NCBI GenBank assembly: GCA_965214405.1
Contig: OZ243956.1
Location: 3,648,001 to 3,712,000, forward strand
DNA from: Trueperaceae bacterium
GTDB taxonomy: Bacteria; Deinococcota; Deinococci; Deinococcales; Trueperaceae
Length of the DNA stretch: 64,000 bases
Direction: 5' to 3'
The notes under the pieces are model-generated. The model searched no databases and was not told where the DNA came from. It saw only the letters and a list, made by a program, of their open reading frames with translations. How positions within the stretch are numbered: position 1 is the first letter of the stretch; each line of letters opens with the position of its first letter. Shown piece after piece: positions 39,041 through 48,274 of this stretch. Both the position numbers and the translations under genes were made by a program.

Positions 39041-39436
39041 GTGACGGTGATCGACGCGTCCGCAGTGGTATCTCTCATTCTCGGCGAACAACCCCAGGCG
39101 TTTAGGGTGAATGAGCGGCTCGAGCGGGCCTCGAGCCTACACACCGTTCACCTGCTTGATATCGAGGTGCTATCGGCTCTGCGCCGCCTCGTTCACCGCG
39201 GCGAGCTTACGGAAAGCGAAGCTCATGACGCAATCCAGTTTTGGGAGCGGCTCAGCGTTACGCGTTACCCTCACGCGGCGTTGCGGGAACGTATTTGGAC
39301 GCTGCGCGACAACCTAACGCCCTATGACGTCTCTTACGTCGCTCTGGCCGAAACGCTCGACGCGCCTCTCGTCACGACGGACGGCAGGCTCGCCAGGGCC
39401 CCAGGACATAGCGCCCGCGTTGAATACATCACCTAG
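39041..39436 (+). CDS. vapC: VapC-family PIN toxin
   Basis: VIDASA, EVLSALRR, NLTPYDVSYVALAE, LVTTDGRL. Confidence 0.92.
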   Translation: MTVIDASAVVSLILGEQPQAFRVNERLERASSLHTVHLLDIEVLSALRRLVHRGELTESEAHDAIQFWERLSVTRYPHAALRERIWTLRDNLTPYDVSYVALAETLDAPLVTTDGRLARAPGHSARVEYIT

Positions 39437-39453
39437 CACGCTATGATGAGGCC

Positions 39454-40044
39454 GTGACCACCGCAACCTCATCTGAGCGCCGCGACCAACTCTTGAGCGC
39501 GGCGAGAGCCGTGCTGGCCGAAAAGGGCTTTGATGGGACGACGGTCTCCGAAATCGTCTCGAGGGCCGGGGTCGCCCAAGGCACATTTTACCTCTACTTC
39601 CCTTCCAAAGCGTCCCTGGTGGGAGCCCTGTGTGACGAGATGTTCGCGCGCATCCTCTCTGCCGTTATCGAAGCGACCGAGGGTAAAGACGCGTTTGCTG
39701 AGACGCTCGAGGCGGGCGTCCGCGCGGTGTTCGCGGAAACTGCTGCGTATAAAGACGTGCTCGACATCATCGGCTCGCGCACCGGGCTCGTGGGCACGCT
39801 TGGCGAGATTGAAAGGGCGGACGAGCCCTATTACCGCCTTATTGCGGGCTTGCTCGAGCGCGGCCAAGCGCGCGGTGAGGTGGATCCCGCCGTCCGCCCC
39901 GACTTGGCCGCGCGGCTCGTGGTCGGTCTTATCGAACGCGCCACCGACGACTGTTTTCTCTACCGTCCGGGCACGCCCACGGAGCCGTACATCGAAGAAA
40001 TTCTGCGCTTCGTCGGGCGGGCGCTGGGGGCGTCTCGAGATTAA
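39454..40044 (+). CDS. TetR-family regulator
   Basis: TVSEIVSRAGVAQGTFYLYFPSK; TATGAT 6 nt before GTG. Confidence 0.92.
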   Translation: MTTATSSERRDQLLSAARAVLAEKGFDGTTVSEIVSRAGVAQGTFYLYFPSKASLVGALCDEMFARILSAVIEATEGKDAFAETLEAGVRAVFAETAAYKDVLDIIGSRTGLVGTLGEIERADEPYYRLIAGLLERGQARGEVDPAVRPDLAARLVVGLIERATDDCFLYRPGTPTEPYIEEILRFVGRALGASRD

Positions 40045-40083
40045 GGTTCGCTCGAGACGCCCTTTGCTTTGGCTCGACCTGCT

Positions 40084-40671
40084 TTAGCTCGACGGCGCAA
40101 CCTGCCTGAGCCTGGTGCCCGTGACGCGGTAGACGAGCATAAAGAGCCCCAACAGCACGAACGGCAAGCCGACGTTGACAATTCTAAAGAGTGTGCCCGC
40201 TTCGGGTTTGGGCGGGTAGACGGGAAAACCGACCTCACCTGTAGCCTCACCCGCGGCACCGTCGATGGTAATATCTAAGGCCAGCCAGCCGTTGTCGTTC
40301 CAGCTCCAGTTCTCCGCGCCCTCGAGTTTTAGCGGGTCGATGACATAATAGCGTCCGTCAAACGTGGGGGTGTAGCTCGAGCGGCTCTGCCCGCCGTCGT
40401 GGTGAAGCGTGGCGTCCACCCGGACGGTGCTGTCCGCTGAGATGCGCGTACCGTTCTCGCGGATGTCGAGCTTGAGGTAAGGGTTGTCAATCAGGCGCTG
40501 TCCGTCGCCGTTGACCAGATAAGGCCCTATCTGCTCGCGGTGGACGAGGTGCTCTTCGGTGTTGCTGATGCGGCTCAGCCAGTCCGTTACCCCCTGGTTT
40601 GCTGAGGGCTGGGCTTGACTAGGACTTGCGAACGTGAAACTCAGCAGAAGGAGCGTTATGAGGCGTTTCAT
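40084..40671 (-). CDS. Exported protein with C-terminal TM anchor (YtkA/FixH-like fold suspected)
   Basis: Signal peptide MKRLITLLLLSFTFA; beta-rich domain; C-terminal hydrophobic helix. Confidence 0.7.
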   Translation of the reverse strand: MKRLITLLLLSFTFASPSQAQPSANQGVTDWLSRISNTEEHLVHREQIGPYLVNGDGQRLIDNPYLKLDIRENGTRISADSTVRVDATLHHDGGQSRSSYTPTFDGRYYVIDPLKLEGAENWSWNDNGWLALDITIDGAAGEATGEVGFPVYPPKPEAGTLFRIVNVGLPFVLLGLFMLVYRVTGTRLRQVAPSS

Positions 40672-41209
40672 CCCGGCCATCCTTTCTTTTAAGAGGTTTT
40701 TCGGTGGGTCTTTTAAGGGGCGCGAAGAGCAGCGCCGCGCCGCCCAGAACAGTGAGCAAGAGAATAAGGCTGGGGAGAATCTCGAGCGCCGACACCCTTC
40801 CCCGCTGATTGCTGGCGAAATAGCTCGCCGTCGCCACCCCGAGCGGTCCTGAAACGTTTAAGTTAATCTCGTACATCCCCGCTTCGCTAAGCGGCAGCGT
40901 GAGGAGGTAGCCCCGGTAGAAGGTGCGACCGTCCGCGGAGCCGCTTCCCGCGAAAGGAACCTCGCCCTCATAGACGAGTACGTCGCGCTGCCGAACCTCC
41001 GCCCTCACTTGGGTGGCCTCCGGTGCGGCTTGCTGGTCTTCTGAAAGTTGCACGAAAAGTTGCGCGCGCTCCGCGTCGGCTGCGTGAAAGAGGACGTTGG
41101 CGGTGTACGCGCCCAAACCTTGTTTCCACGCGAGCGTGTCGAAGCCGTTGTGGGCATAGGCAAAAAAGAGCAGGAGGCCAATCACGCACCCGATTATTCG
41201 CTCTCTCAC
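40619..41209 (-). CDS. Exported protein with predicted N-terminal His and C-terminal TM anchor
   Basis: GTG 41209 in GTGA overlap; signal ...LLLFFAYA then HNGF; GMYEINLNVSGPLG; C-terminal TM. Confidence 0.7.
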   Translation of the reverse strand: MRERIIGCVIGLLLFFAYAHNGFDTLAWKQGLGAYTANVLFHAADAERAQLFVQLSEDQQAAPEATQVRAEVRQRDVLVYEGEVPFAGSGSADGRTFYRGYLLTLPLSEAGMYEINLNVSGPLGVATASYFASNQRGRVSALEILPSLILLLTVLGGAALLFAPLKRPTEKPLKRKDGRDETPHNAPSAEFHVRKS

Positions 41210-42324
41210 GTTGCCAGCGCTCGAGGAGGCGGCGCGGAAGTCGCCAGCAAGGAGACGAGCAGCGCCGTCGTCATCGCCTGGGTTACGCTGCCCATCCAGA
41301 TGTACGGGGTGTACCAGACGCCGCCGCCGTAGTTTGTTAAGAAAACAAACGCGTAAAAGGTGGCCCACAAAGAAAAGGCGACGAGCACATTAAAGGTGTG
41401 AAAGCGTAGCGGGCGCGCTGCCGAAGGTTTGAGAAGCGCGTAAAAAACGTCACAGAAAACACCGACCACCGTAAAGACGAGGACGAGGTCGGTGTTGAGC
41501 TCGAGCACCGACCCGTAAAGCCCGTAAAGCAAAAAGAACACCGTAAACGTACCCGCGGGCAGCCTAAAGCGCAAGGTGAGCCAAGCGAGCACACCCACCG
41601 TCATGGCGGTTTGAACGATGATGCCCATAATCCCCATCGTTTCCCCGAGATAATCGTTGTCCATGCGATTTTCGCTTAGCATGAGCCCTAAGCTGGTGCC
41701 GAAAAAGCTCATTGACACAAACGCCAGCACGTTGAAGAAACTCGCCCAGGCGATGAGCGCGGGCAAAAAACCCAGAAAAGACGCCCACCAGCCTTTCTCC
41801 CCGGCTCTTTTCTCGGTGTCTCGCCCGCTCGCGTCCGCCACCTCCCGCCGTTTGAGCGCGGCCCTGGCCGGTCCGATGCTGAGCAGCGCCCACCCGATAA
41901 AGAGGCCGATGTGGGTCGGGCTGTAGAGCGCCTCGTTATCGACCTCGAACCCAAAGAGCGCGTGCCCGCCCAAGTCAAACACGCCCGTCGCGCCGAAAAT
42001 AAAGAGCCCCAACGCCGAAACCAGGTAGCCAGCGGGCACGGCGTTGAGACCGCCAAAGCCCTCCAAGCGGTTCATGAACGCCGTGCCGAAAAGCCACGCG
42101 CCCATCGCTATCAGGGAGCTGTAAAAGAGCAGGTGGTACTCGCTCAAGACCGACTGGTCCGGCCCGAACGAGGCGTGCGACCAGCCGTCCATGTAGATGC
42201 CGATGGTTACCAGAAAGACCAGGGCGGTGTAGACCCAGTCGAAAGCCAGGGTGCTTAGCGGCGCGCGAGTTGCGCGGGCCGTCGCGGGTTCGAAGTTCCT
42301 CTTGTTGGGGGCGCGGGTAACCAT
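41206..42324 (-). CDS. Polytopic membrane protein with two D-x3-H...H motifs
   Basis: RBS GAGGAG; about 10 hydrophobic segments; DGWSH-x13-H and DLGGH-x16-H (SPTH). Confidence 0.8.
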   Translation of the reverse strand: MVTRAPNKRNFEPATARATRAPLSTLAFDWVYTALVFLVTIGIYMDGWSHASFGPDQSVLSEYHLLFYSSLIAMGAWLFGTAFMNRLEGFGGLNAVPAGYLVSALGLFIFGATGVFDLGGHALFGFEVDNEALYSPTHIGLFIGWALLSIGPARAALKRREVADASGRDTEKRAGEKGWWASFLGFLPALIAWASFFNVLAFVSMSFFGTSLGLMLSENRMDNDYLGETMGIMGIIVQTAMTVGVLAWLTLRFRLPAGTFTVFFLLYGLYGSVLELNTDLVLVFTVVGVFCDVFYALLKPSAARPLRFHTFNVLVAFSLWATFYAFVFLTNYGGGVWYTPYIWMGSVTQAMTTALLVSLLATSAPPPRALAT

Positions 42325-42579
42325 AAAATCTCCTCGTGTGCGTTCAGTGTAGGAGCGGGTGACGGTGTTCGCACTATAAATTCACACTATAAAACAGCAT
42401 ACTGTTGCCTCTTGCCTCTGCCGAAAGTAGGAGGCGGGCTGTGAGGTGTGTTGTGAGACAATGGGGGAGTTGGCTTAACCGGATGCGTGGCTCAGAAGTG
42501 CTTGCTCGAGCAGACTCAGACTCACCGCCAAAAATCTAATCAATCTCCCTTGAGAGCGCTGCATCTCGTCTAAAAACAC

Positions 42580-42635
42580 TTGACAAAAGAACAACCAGCG
42601 CCTATCTTTTGATTACTGACTGACTATCAGTCAGT
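42580..42635 (+). promoter_or_regulatory. P450 promoter with perfect palindromic operator
   Basis: TTGACA 42580-42585, 17 bp, TATCTT 42603-42608; ACTGACTGA-CTA-TCAGTCAGT 42615-42635. Confidence 0.75.
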
Positions 42636-42735
42636 GAAGTGAGTGTAGCTGAGAATTGGCAGATTTGCAAGTGGTCAGATTGAAAGGTGGTCGTTACAGC
42701 GTGAGAGAACCCGAATCCAAAGTAAGGTGGTGCGT

Positions 42736-44097
42736 ATGACCCTCCCCCCCGGCCCCAAAGGACACCCCGTCATCGGCAGCTTCTTGGCCTACCGCGCCGA
42801 CCCGCTCGCCTTTTTCGATTCGCTGCGCGACTACGGCTTTGTAACGCGTATACGCGTCATGGGCCACGAGTTTTGCGTGGTTTCGCACCCCGACCCCACC
42901 GAAGAGGTGCTGGTCACCAAGGCGCGGAGCTTTAGAAAGAGCAAAGACTACCGCGAGGGCTTGGCGTTTTTGGGCAACGGCCTGCTCAATTCCGAGGGCG
43001 ACTTTTGGCTCCGGCAGCGGCGGCTCGAGCAGCCCGCCTTTCACCGCGCGCGCGTCCACGCCTACGGCGAGACGATGGTCGCTTACACCGAGCGGTTGTT
43101 AGAGACGTGGCGGGACGGCGAGGCGCGCGACGTTCACAAGGACATGATGCGCGTGACGCTCGAGATTGTCACCAAAACGCTTTTCGACGTGGACATCGCC
43201 GACGGGGCCGAGGAGGTGGAGGAGGCGATGGAGCTCTTTATGGTCGATACCATGAGCGAAGGCAACCTCCTGCAAATCCTCTTGCCCCAGAAGTTGGCCG
43301 AACGCTTTAACGGGCGTTTGCAACGCGCGCAGGCGGGCATCGACGGGATCGTTTACGGGATGATTGAGGCGCGGCGGCAGGAGGGCGAAGGGGGCCAGGA
43401 CCGGGGCGACCTTATGTCGATGCTCCTGCACGCGCAAGACGCCGACACGGGCGAACGCATGAGCGACACCCAACTCCGCGACGAACTCATGACGCTCCTC
43501 ATGGCGGGCCACGAAACCACCGCCAACGCGCTCGCCTGGACCTGGGTCTTGCTGGCCGAAAACCCCGAGGCGGAGGCGCGACTCGGCGCGGAACTCGACG
43601 AGGTTCTTAACGGACGCGCGCCCACGCTTAGCGACCTGCCGAACCTGCGCTACACCGAATGGGTCATCAAAGAGTCCATGCGCCTCCTCCCGCCCGTATG
43701 GAGCGTGGGCCGCGAGGCGTTGGAAGACTGCGTCATCGGCGGTTACACCATACCCAAGGGGATGCAGGTCTCGCCCTTTCAGTGGCTCACCCACCGCGAC
43801 GGGCGCTTTTTTGAGGACCCGTTAGCGTTCAAGCCCGAGAGGTGGGCGGACGGTTTGGAAAAGCGCCTCCCCCGCTACGCCTACTTTCCCTTCGGCGGCG
43901 GCTCGCGGATGTGCATCGGCTCAAGCTTCGCCTCGATGGAAGCCGTGCTCGTGCTGGCGACGCTCGCGCAACATTTTAAGCTCAGGCTCACCCATCCCGA
44001 AGAAATCGTGCCTTCCCCGACCATCACTTTGCGGCCCAAACACGGCGTGAAGGTGAGGTTGGAGGCGCGCGTGCCCGCTCCCGCAGCGGTTGCGTAA
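42736..44097 (+). CDS. Cytochrome P450
   Basis: LPPGP, AGHETT, ESMR (ExxR), PERW, FGGGSRMCIG. Confidence 0.96.
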   Translation: MTLPPGPKGHPVIGSFLAYRADPLAFFDSLRDYGFVTRIRVMGHEFCVVSHPDPTEEVLVTKARSFRKSKDYREGLAFLGNGLLNSEGDFWLRQRRLEQPAFHRARVHAYGETMVAYTERLLETWRDGEARDVHKDMMRVTLEIVTKTLFDVDIADGAEEVEEAMELFMVDTMSEGNLLQILLPQKLAERFNGRLQRAQAGIDGIVYGMIEARRQEGEGGQDRGDLMSMLLHAQDADTGERMSDTQLRDELMTLLMAGHETTANALAWTWVLLAENPEAEARLGAELDEVLNGRAPTLSDLPNLRYTEWVIKESMRLLPPVWSVGREALEDCVIGGYTIPKGMQVSPFQWLTHRDGRFFEDPLAFKPERWADGLEKRLPRYAYFPFGGGSRMCIGSSFASMEAVLVLATLAQHFKLRLTHPEEIVPSPTITLRPKHGVKVRLEARVPAPAAVA

Positions 44098-44149
44098 ACC
44101 CATCACATTTTGCGTTCTATGGTTGTAAAACTCTGTAAAGGGAGATTGT

Positions 44150-45460
44150 ATGTCCGTCCAGCCCGTTTCTAAAGGCGTCAACGACCTACCCCACGTCACC
44201 ATCCCCGAGGATTACTTCGCCCGCGTCGGCCCCTTTTTGGCCGAGTGCTACGAGGCGCACGGCCCCATCTTCGCCGCCGACTGGCCCGGCTACAGGGTCG
44301 TTTACATGGTTGGCCCCGAGGCGAACCGCTTTGTGCTCCTCAGTAACCGCAAGGCGTTCTCGCACGACCTGGGCTGGACGCCAATGATCGGCCCCATCAT
44401 GGGCAAGGGGCTCCTCAACATGGACGGCCCCGAACATAACGCGCAGCGCAAGATGATGAACCCAGCCTTTGCGACCTCGTACATGGACCGCTATCTGCCC
44501 ATCATGAACCGCGTGATAGAAACGCGCACGGCGGACTGGGCGGCGCGCAGCACCGTAGACCTCTACGACGAGGCGCGCAAAATCACCTTCGACGTGGCCG
44601 CGGAGGCGCTGGTCGGTTTCAAGGCGGGGCCTTTGACGGACCGCTTCCGCGAACTCTTCGTGACCCTGTTGCAGGGCGACGCGGGCGCTGGAAACGATGA
44701 AGAGGCGTACGGGTCGATGTTGGCGGCTCGAGACACGCTCATGCCGCTACTGCTCGAGCAGATCAACGCGCGCCGCGCGCACCCCACCGACGACATCTTA
44801 GGCCTTCTAGTCTCCGCTCGAGACGGCGAGGGCCGCGCGCTCTCCGACATGCAGATTCTGGCGCACCTGAATATCTTGCTCGTCGCGGGCCACGAGACCT
44901 CGACGAGCCTGAGCACCTGGCTGCTTTACCTCCTCGTCATGCACCCGGACTACCTGGCGCGGGTGCGTGCGGAACTGTCGGAGATGTTGGGCGACGCGGA
45001 GCCGCATTTAGACGCGGTCAAGGGGATGAAGGTTTTGGGCTACGCGCTTTCTGAAGCCGAACGCCTCTACCCGCCCGTCGCCAACGGGCCAAGGGGGAGC
45101 GCAGAGAGCTTTACCTTTGAGGGTTACACCATCCCGGCGGGCCAGCGCGTGCTCTACTCGATTGCCGCGAGTCACCTCCTGCCGCACGTGTGGACCCTAC
45201 CCACCCTTTTCGACCCGGACCGCTTCGCGCCGCCCCGCGAGGAGGACAAGAAACACCCGTTCGCCCTCGTCGGTTTCGGCGGCGGGCCGCGGGTCTGCAT
45301 CGGGCTCAACTTTGCGACGGTCGAAATCAAGGCGATGGCCGCGATTATTCTGAGAAAATATAACCTGGAGGTCGCGCCCAACCAGACCATCATGCAGGTG
45401 TACCAGGGGACGGGCGCGCCGCTAAACGGGATGAAGGTGCAGGTGACGCCGCGTGTATAA
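44150..45460 (+). CDS. Cytochrome P450
   Basis: GPEANRFVL, AGHETS, EAER, FDPDRF, FGGGPRVCIG. Confidence 0.96.
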   Translation: MSVQPVSKGVNDLPHVTIPEDYFARVGPFLAECYEAHGPIFAADWPGYRVVYMVGPEANRFVLLSNRKAFSHDLGWTPMIGPIMGKGLLNMDGPEHNAQRKMMNPAFATSYMDRYLPIMNRVIETRTADWAARSTVDLYDEARKITFDVAAEALVGFKAGPLTDRFRELFVTLLQGDAGAGNDEEAYGSMLAARDTLMPLLLEQINARRAHPTDDILGLLVSARDGEGRALSDMQILAHLNILLVAGHETSTSLSTWLLYLLVMHPDYLARVRAELSEMLGDAEPHLDAVKGMKVLGYALSEAERLYPPVANGPRGSAESFTFEGYTIPAGQRVLYSIAASHLLPHVWTLPTLFDPDRFAPPREEDKKHPFALVGFGGGPRVCIGLNFATVEIKAMAAIILRKYNLEVAPNQTIMQVYQGTGAPLNGMKVQVTPRV

Positions 45461-45546
45461 AAGTGATGAGTGGGTAGGGGTTAAAGGGTTGGTGGGGGGC
45501 TCGAGCCCCCACGCGCCCCCAAACGTGTAAAGATGGATGCGTCTTT

Positions 45547-46341
45547 ATGAGACGTACACGTGTTCCCTGGAAACGCCTCTTCACCCTCCTCGGCCTGCTC
45601 GCCCTCGTTGCGCTGAGTTTTGGCGTGGGTCGGCTCTACCCTGTACTCGTCCGCCCGCCCTTGGTGGTGGGGCAAGACGCCGTCGTTGACAACGGGGTCG
45701 GGGCGGGGCTCGAGGACACCCTCTCCGCCTCTTTTGTGGACGCAGCGGGCGGCTATCTCATCGTTCGTCCGGAGGGGGAAAGCCATACTTTATTCATTTT
45801 CTATCCTGGTGGCCTGGTGCGGCCTCAAGCTTATGAGTGGTTGGGACACGCGTTAGCGCCTCTCGGCGTAACCACCGTCATCCCCCGTTTCCCTTTCGAC
45901 CTCGCCGTTACCGCGCCGGGCCGGGCGGCGCGGCTTGTGGAGCATCTGAACGCAGGGGGCGCGTTTGGGCGGGTGATTCTGGGCGGTCACTCCCTGGGCG
46001 GCGCGATGGCGGTGCGCTTTGTAAAAGGCCATCCTGAAACTGTAGATGCGCTCGTCCTCATGGGCGCGTTTGGCCCCGTGTCGGATGACCTCTCGAGTGT
46101 TCAGCTTCCCACCCTCGTCCTGGTCGCCCAGAACGACGGGCTGGCGACGTTGGGGGAGGTGCGTGAAGGGTTGGCGCGGCTCCCGGCGGACGCGCAGCTT
46201 ATAGAAATCGAGGGCGCAGTCCACGCCTTTTTCGGGCGCTATGGTCCCCAACGGGGCGACGGGCTGCCGACGGTGAACCGGGGAGAGGCGGAGGCGGAAG
46301 TCATCGCCGCGCTTACCTCTTTTGTGCGGAGTCTTGAGTAG
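45547..46341 (+). CDS. Membrane-anchored alpha/beta hydrolase
   Basis: N-terminal TM, FYPGG, GHSLGG, GAVHAFFGRYGPQRGD. Confidence 0.88.
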   Translation: MRRTRVPWKRLFTLLGLLALVALSFGVGRLYPVLVRPPLVVGQDAVVDNGVGAGLEDTLSASFVDAAGGYLIVRPEGESHTLFIFYPGGLVRPQAYEWLGHALAPLGVTTVIPRFPFDLAVTAPGRAARLVEHLNAGGAFGRVILGGHSLGGAMAVRFVKGHPETVDALVLMGAFGPVSDDLSSVQLPTLVLVAQNDGLATLGEVREGLARLPADAQLIEIEGAVHAFFGRYGPQRGDGLPTVNRGEAEAEVIAALTSFVRSLE

Positions 46342-46350
46342 CATAGGGGC

Positions 46351-47028
46351 ATGAGCGATATCAAAACACAAGCAACCTCGCACGCTGAATTTCTTGCTGA
46401 CTGGCTAGCAGAACTGCCCGACCTTTCTCTAAATGAATTCGAGCCCCGACGAACCGCCTTGGCGAGCGTGGACGTCATCGAAGGCTTTCACCGCGTCGGC
46501 GCGCTGGCGAGCCCCCGTGTTGAGGCGATTATCCCCAACGTGGTTGGGCTGGTTGAAAGGCTCGAGCAGCGCGACGTCCCCTATGAAAACATCGCGTTTA
46601 TTCAGGACACGCACCCCGAAAACGCGCAGGAGTTTTCCGCCTACCCGCCCCACTGCGTCGAGGGCACCGAGGAGGCGCAGGCGGTGCGCGAGCTTCGGGC
46701 GCTGCCGCATTGGGGAAAGTACGGGCATTTTCAAAAAAACAGCATCGCCAGCCACACCAGCGAGGGATTTAATAAATGGCTCGAGTCGCGCGACGTAGAC
46801 ACGATTATCGCCGTCGGCGACGTGAGCGACCTCTGTTTATACACGCTTGCGATTCACCTACAAACGCGCAGTTTTGCGCTGGGGCTGGGCCAGCGTATCA
46901 TCGTTCCCGAAACGTGCGTGCAGACTTGGGACGCGCCCGACCATCCCGGCGACCTCTACCACGCGCTCTTTTTGCACCAGTTGGCGCGTAACGGGGTGGA
47001 AGTGGTGAGGGACATTAAACCTGCATAA
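46351..47028 (+). CDS. Isochorismatase/nicotinamidase-family cysteine hydrolase
   Basis: VDVIEGF, QDTH, YPPHC, FQKNS, GDVSDLC. Confidence 0.88.
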   Translation: MSDIKTQATSHAEFLADWLAELPDLSLNEFEPRRTALASVDVIEGFHRVGALASPRVEAIIPNVVGLVERLEQRDVPYENIAFIQDTHPENAQEFSAYPPHCVEGTEEAQAVRELRALPHWGKYGHFQKNSIASHTSEGFNKWLESRDVDTIIAVGDVSDLCLYTLAIHLQTRSFALGLGQRIIVPETCVQTWDAPDHPGDLYHALFLHQLARNGVEVVRDIKPA

Positions 47029-47354
47029 GGACCAGTTTCCTGCGATATGTCTCACTAAAACTGTTGCTCAGTTGATACGGTGAGAAGTCTAGCCAACCTC
47101 CAGCACCGGAGGCTGATAATCGTCCGTAAACTGTTTGACGGTAGGCCGTCGCTGGATTAGGTACCTTGAAAACAGTCGCGGGATTAAATCAACGTCCTGA
47201 TGGCCTGCTGAGATGCGGTTGTCGGCAAAGTCATCAACTGGCACTTCAGCTTGTTTTGTAGAAACGTATGTTCCATTGTGGGGGGTGAGCATACCTGAAA
47301 ATTTCGGTCACGGCGTAAATCACTCGTCTCAAGAACCACTTGTAGGAGGATTTC

Positions 47355-47963
47355 ATGTTTACTACGTTTAACTCGCACAGCCTTAGAGGTTTACTCGCAG
47401 CATTAGCCGTCTTGGGTACACTCTTAATCGCCACCGCCACGGCGCAGGAGCAGATGTCTTTGGACGAGGTTCTGGCTAGCTGGCCCGAAACGCCGCGTGA
47501 AGTAGCGATGACAACCATCGAGAAATATGGTCAGCCCGACGGCGTCACGGAGAGTAGGCTGATCTGGCACGACACCGGGCCGTGGAACCACACGATCGTT
47601 TACCGCGACGTAGTGCAGCACGACTTTCCGATGCCGCACCCGGACTTGCTCGAGCAGGTCATCGACTATCAGGTGCCCGTGGACATGTTTGACGAACTCG
47701 CCGCCTATGACGGCAGCGTCATCGTAGAGCGCACGAAGGGCACGATGGCGGCCCGCTGTGACAAGGAAGAGATGAACTTCCTCGCGCTCAACCTAGCCAA
47801 CGACATCATCACGGGCCAGCGTACGGTCGAAGAGGCGCGACAGTTCTATGCGGAGACGGCGATGGCCTTTATGAACGGGGAAACGCCGCCTTACACTCAG
47901 GGGCTGCAGTTTGAAGTTCCGAGCGACGCCGGCGATCCCGATGAGCCCGCTCAACAGAATTAA
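47355..47963 (+). CDS. Exported hypothetical protein
   Basis: RBS AGGGAGG; signal peptide ending ATAQ; KYGQPD, HDFPMPH, YDGSV, ARCDKEEMN. Confidence 0.75.
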   Translation: MFTTFNSHSLRGLLAALAVLGTLLIATATAQEQMSLDEVLASWPETPREVAMTTIEKYGQPDGVTESRLIWHDTGPWNHTIVYRDVVQHDFPMPHPDLLEQVIDYQVPVDMFDELAAYDGSVIVERTKGTMAARCDKEEMNFLALNLANDIITGQRTVEEARQFYAETAMAFMNGETPPYTQGLQFEVPSDAGDPDEPAQQN

Positions 47964-48055
47964 GTAAGCCACTGAGCAAGCTACGTAGCAGCCTCGCCAC
48001 GAGAAACGCCGCGGGCGTATAGCGAGGGGAAGCCGCTGGGCGCTGCTTAATGCTA

Positions 48056-48113
48056 GCGGTTGGGAACCGCTCGAGCTAGGCCTCAACACCTGGCTCGAGC
48101 GGTTCCCAACCGC
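48056..48113. repeat. Perfect 21-bp inverted repeat with CTCGAG in each arm
   Basis: GCGGTTGGGAACCGCTCGAGC (48056-48076) / GCTCGAGCGGTTCCCAACCGC (48093-48113). Confidence 0.85.
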
Positions 48114-48274
48114 AGGTTCTTGTTAACGAGGGTTACACTTATCGCCTCCCTCGTCTGGCCCCTCTAGCCGTCACGCACCGCTGGGCGTCTCTCCCGCTCG
48201 GGGAGGCGTATAGAAAAACGTGTCGAGAAAGCGCGCCATCTCGGCGGGCGGGTAGGGGCCGGGAACTGTCTGGG

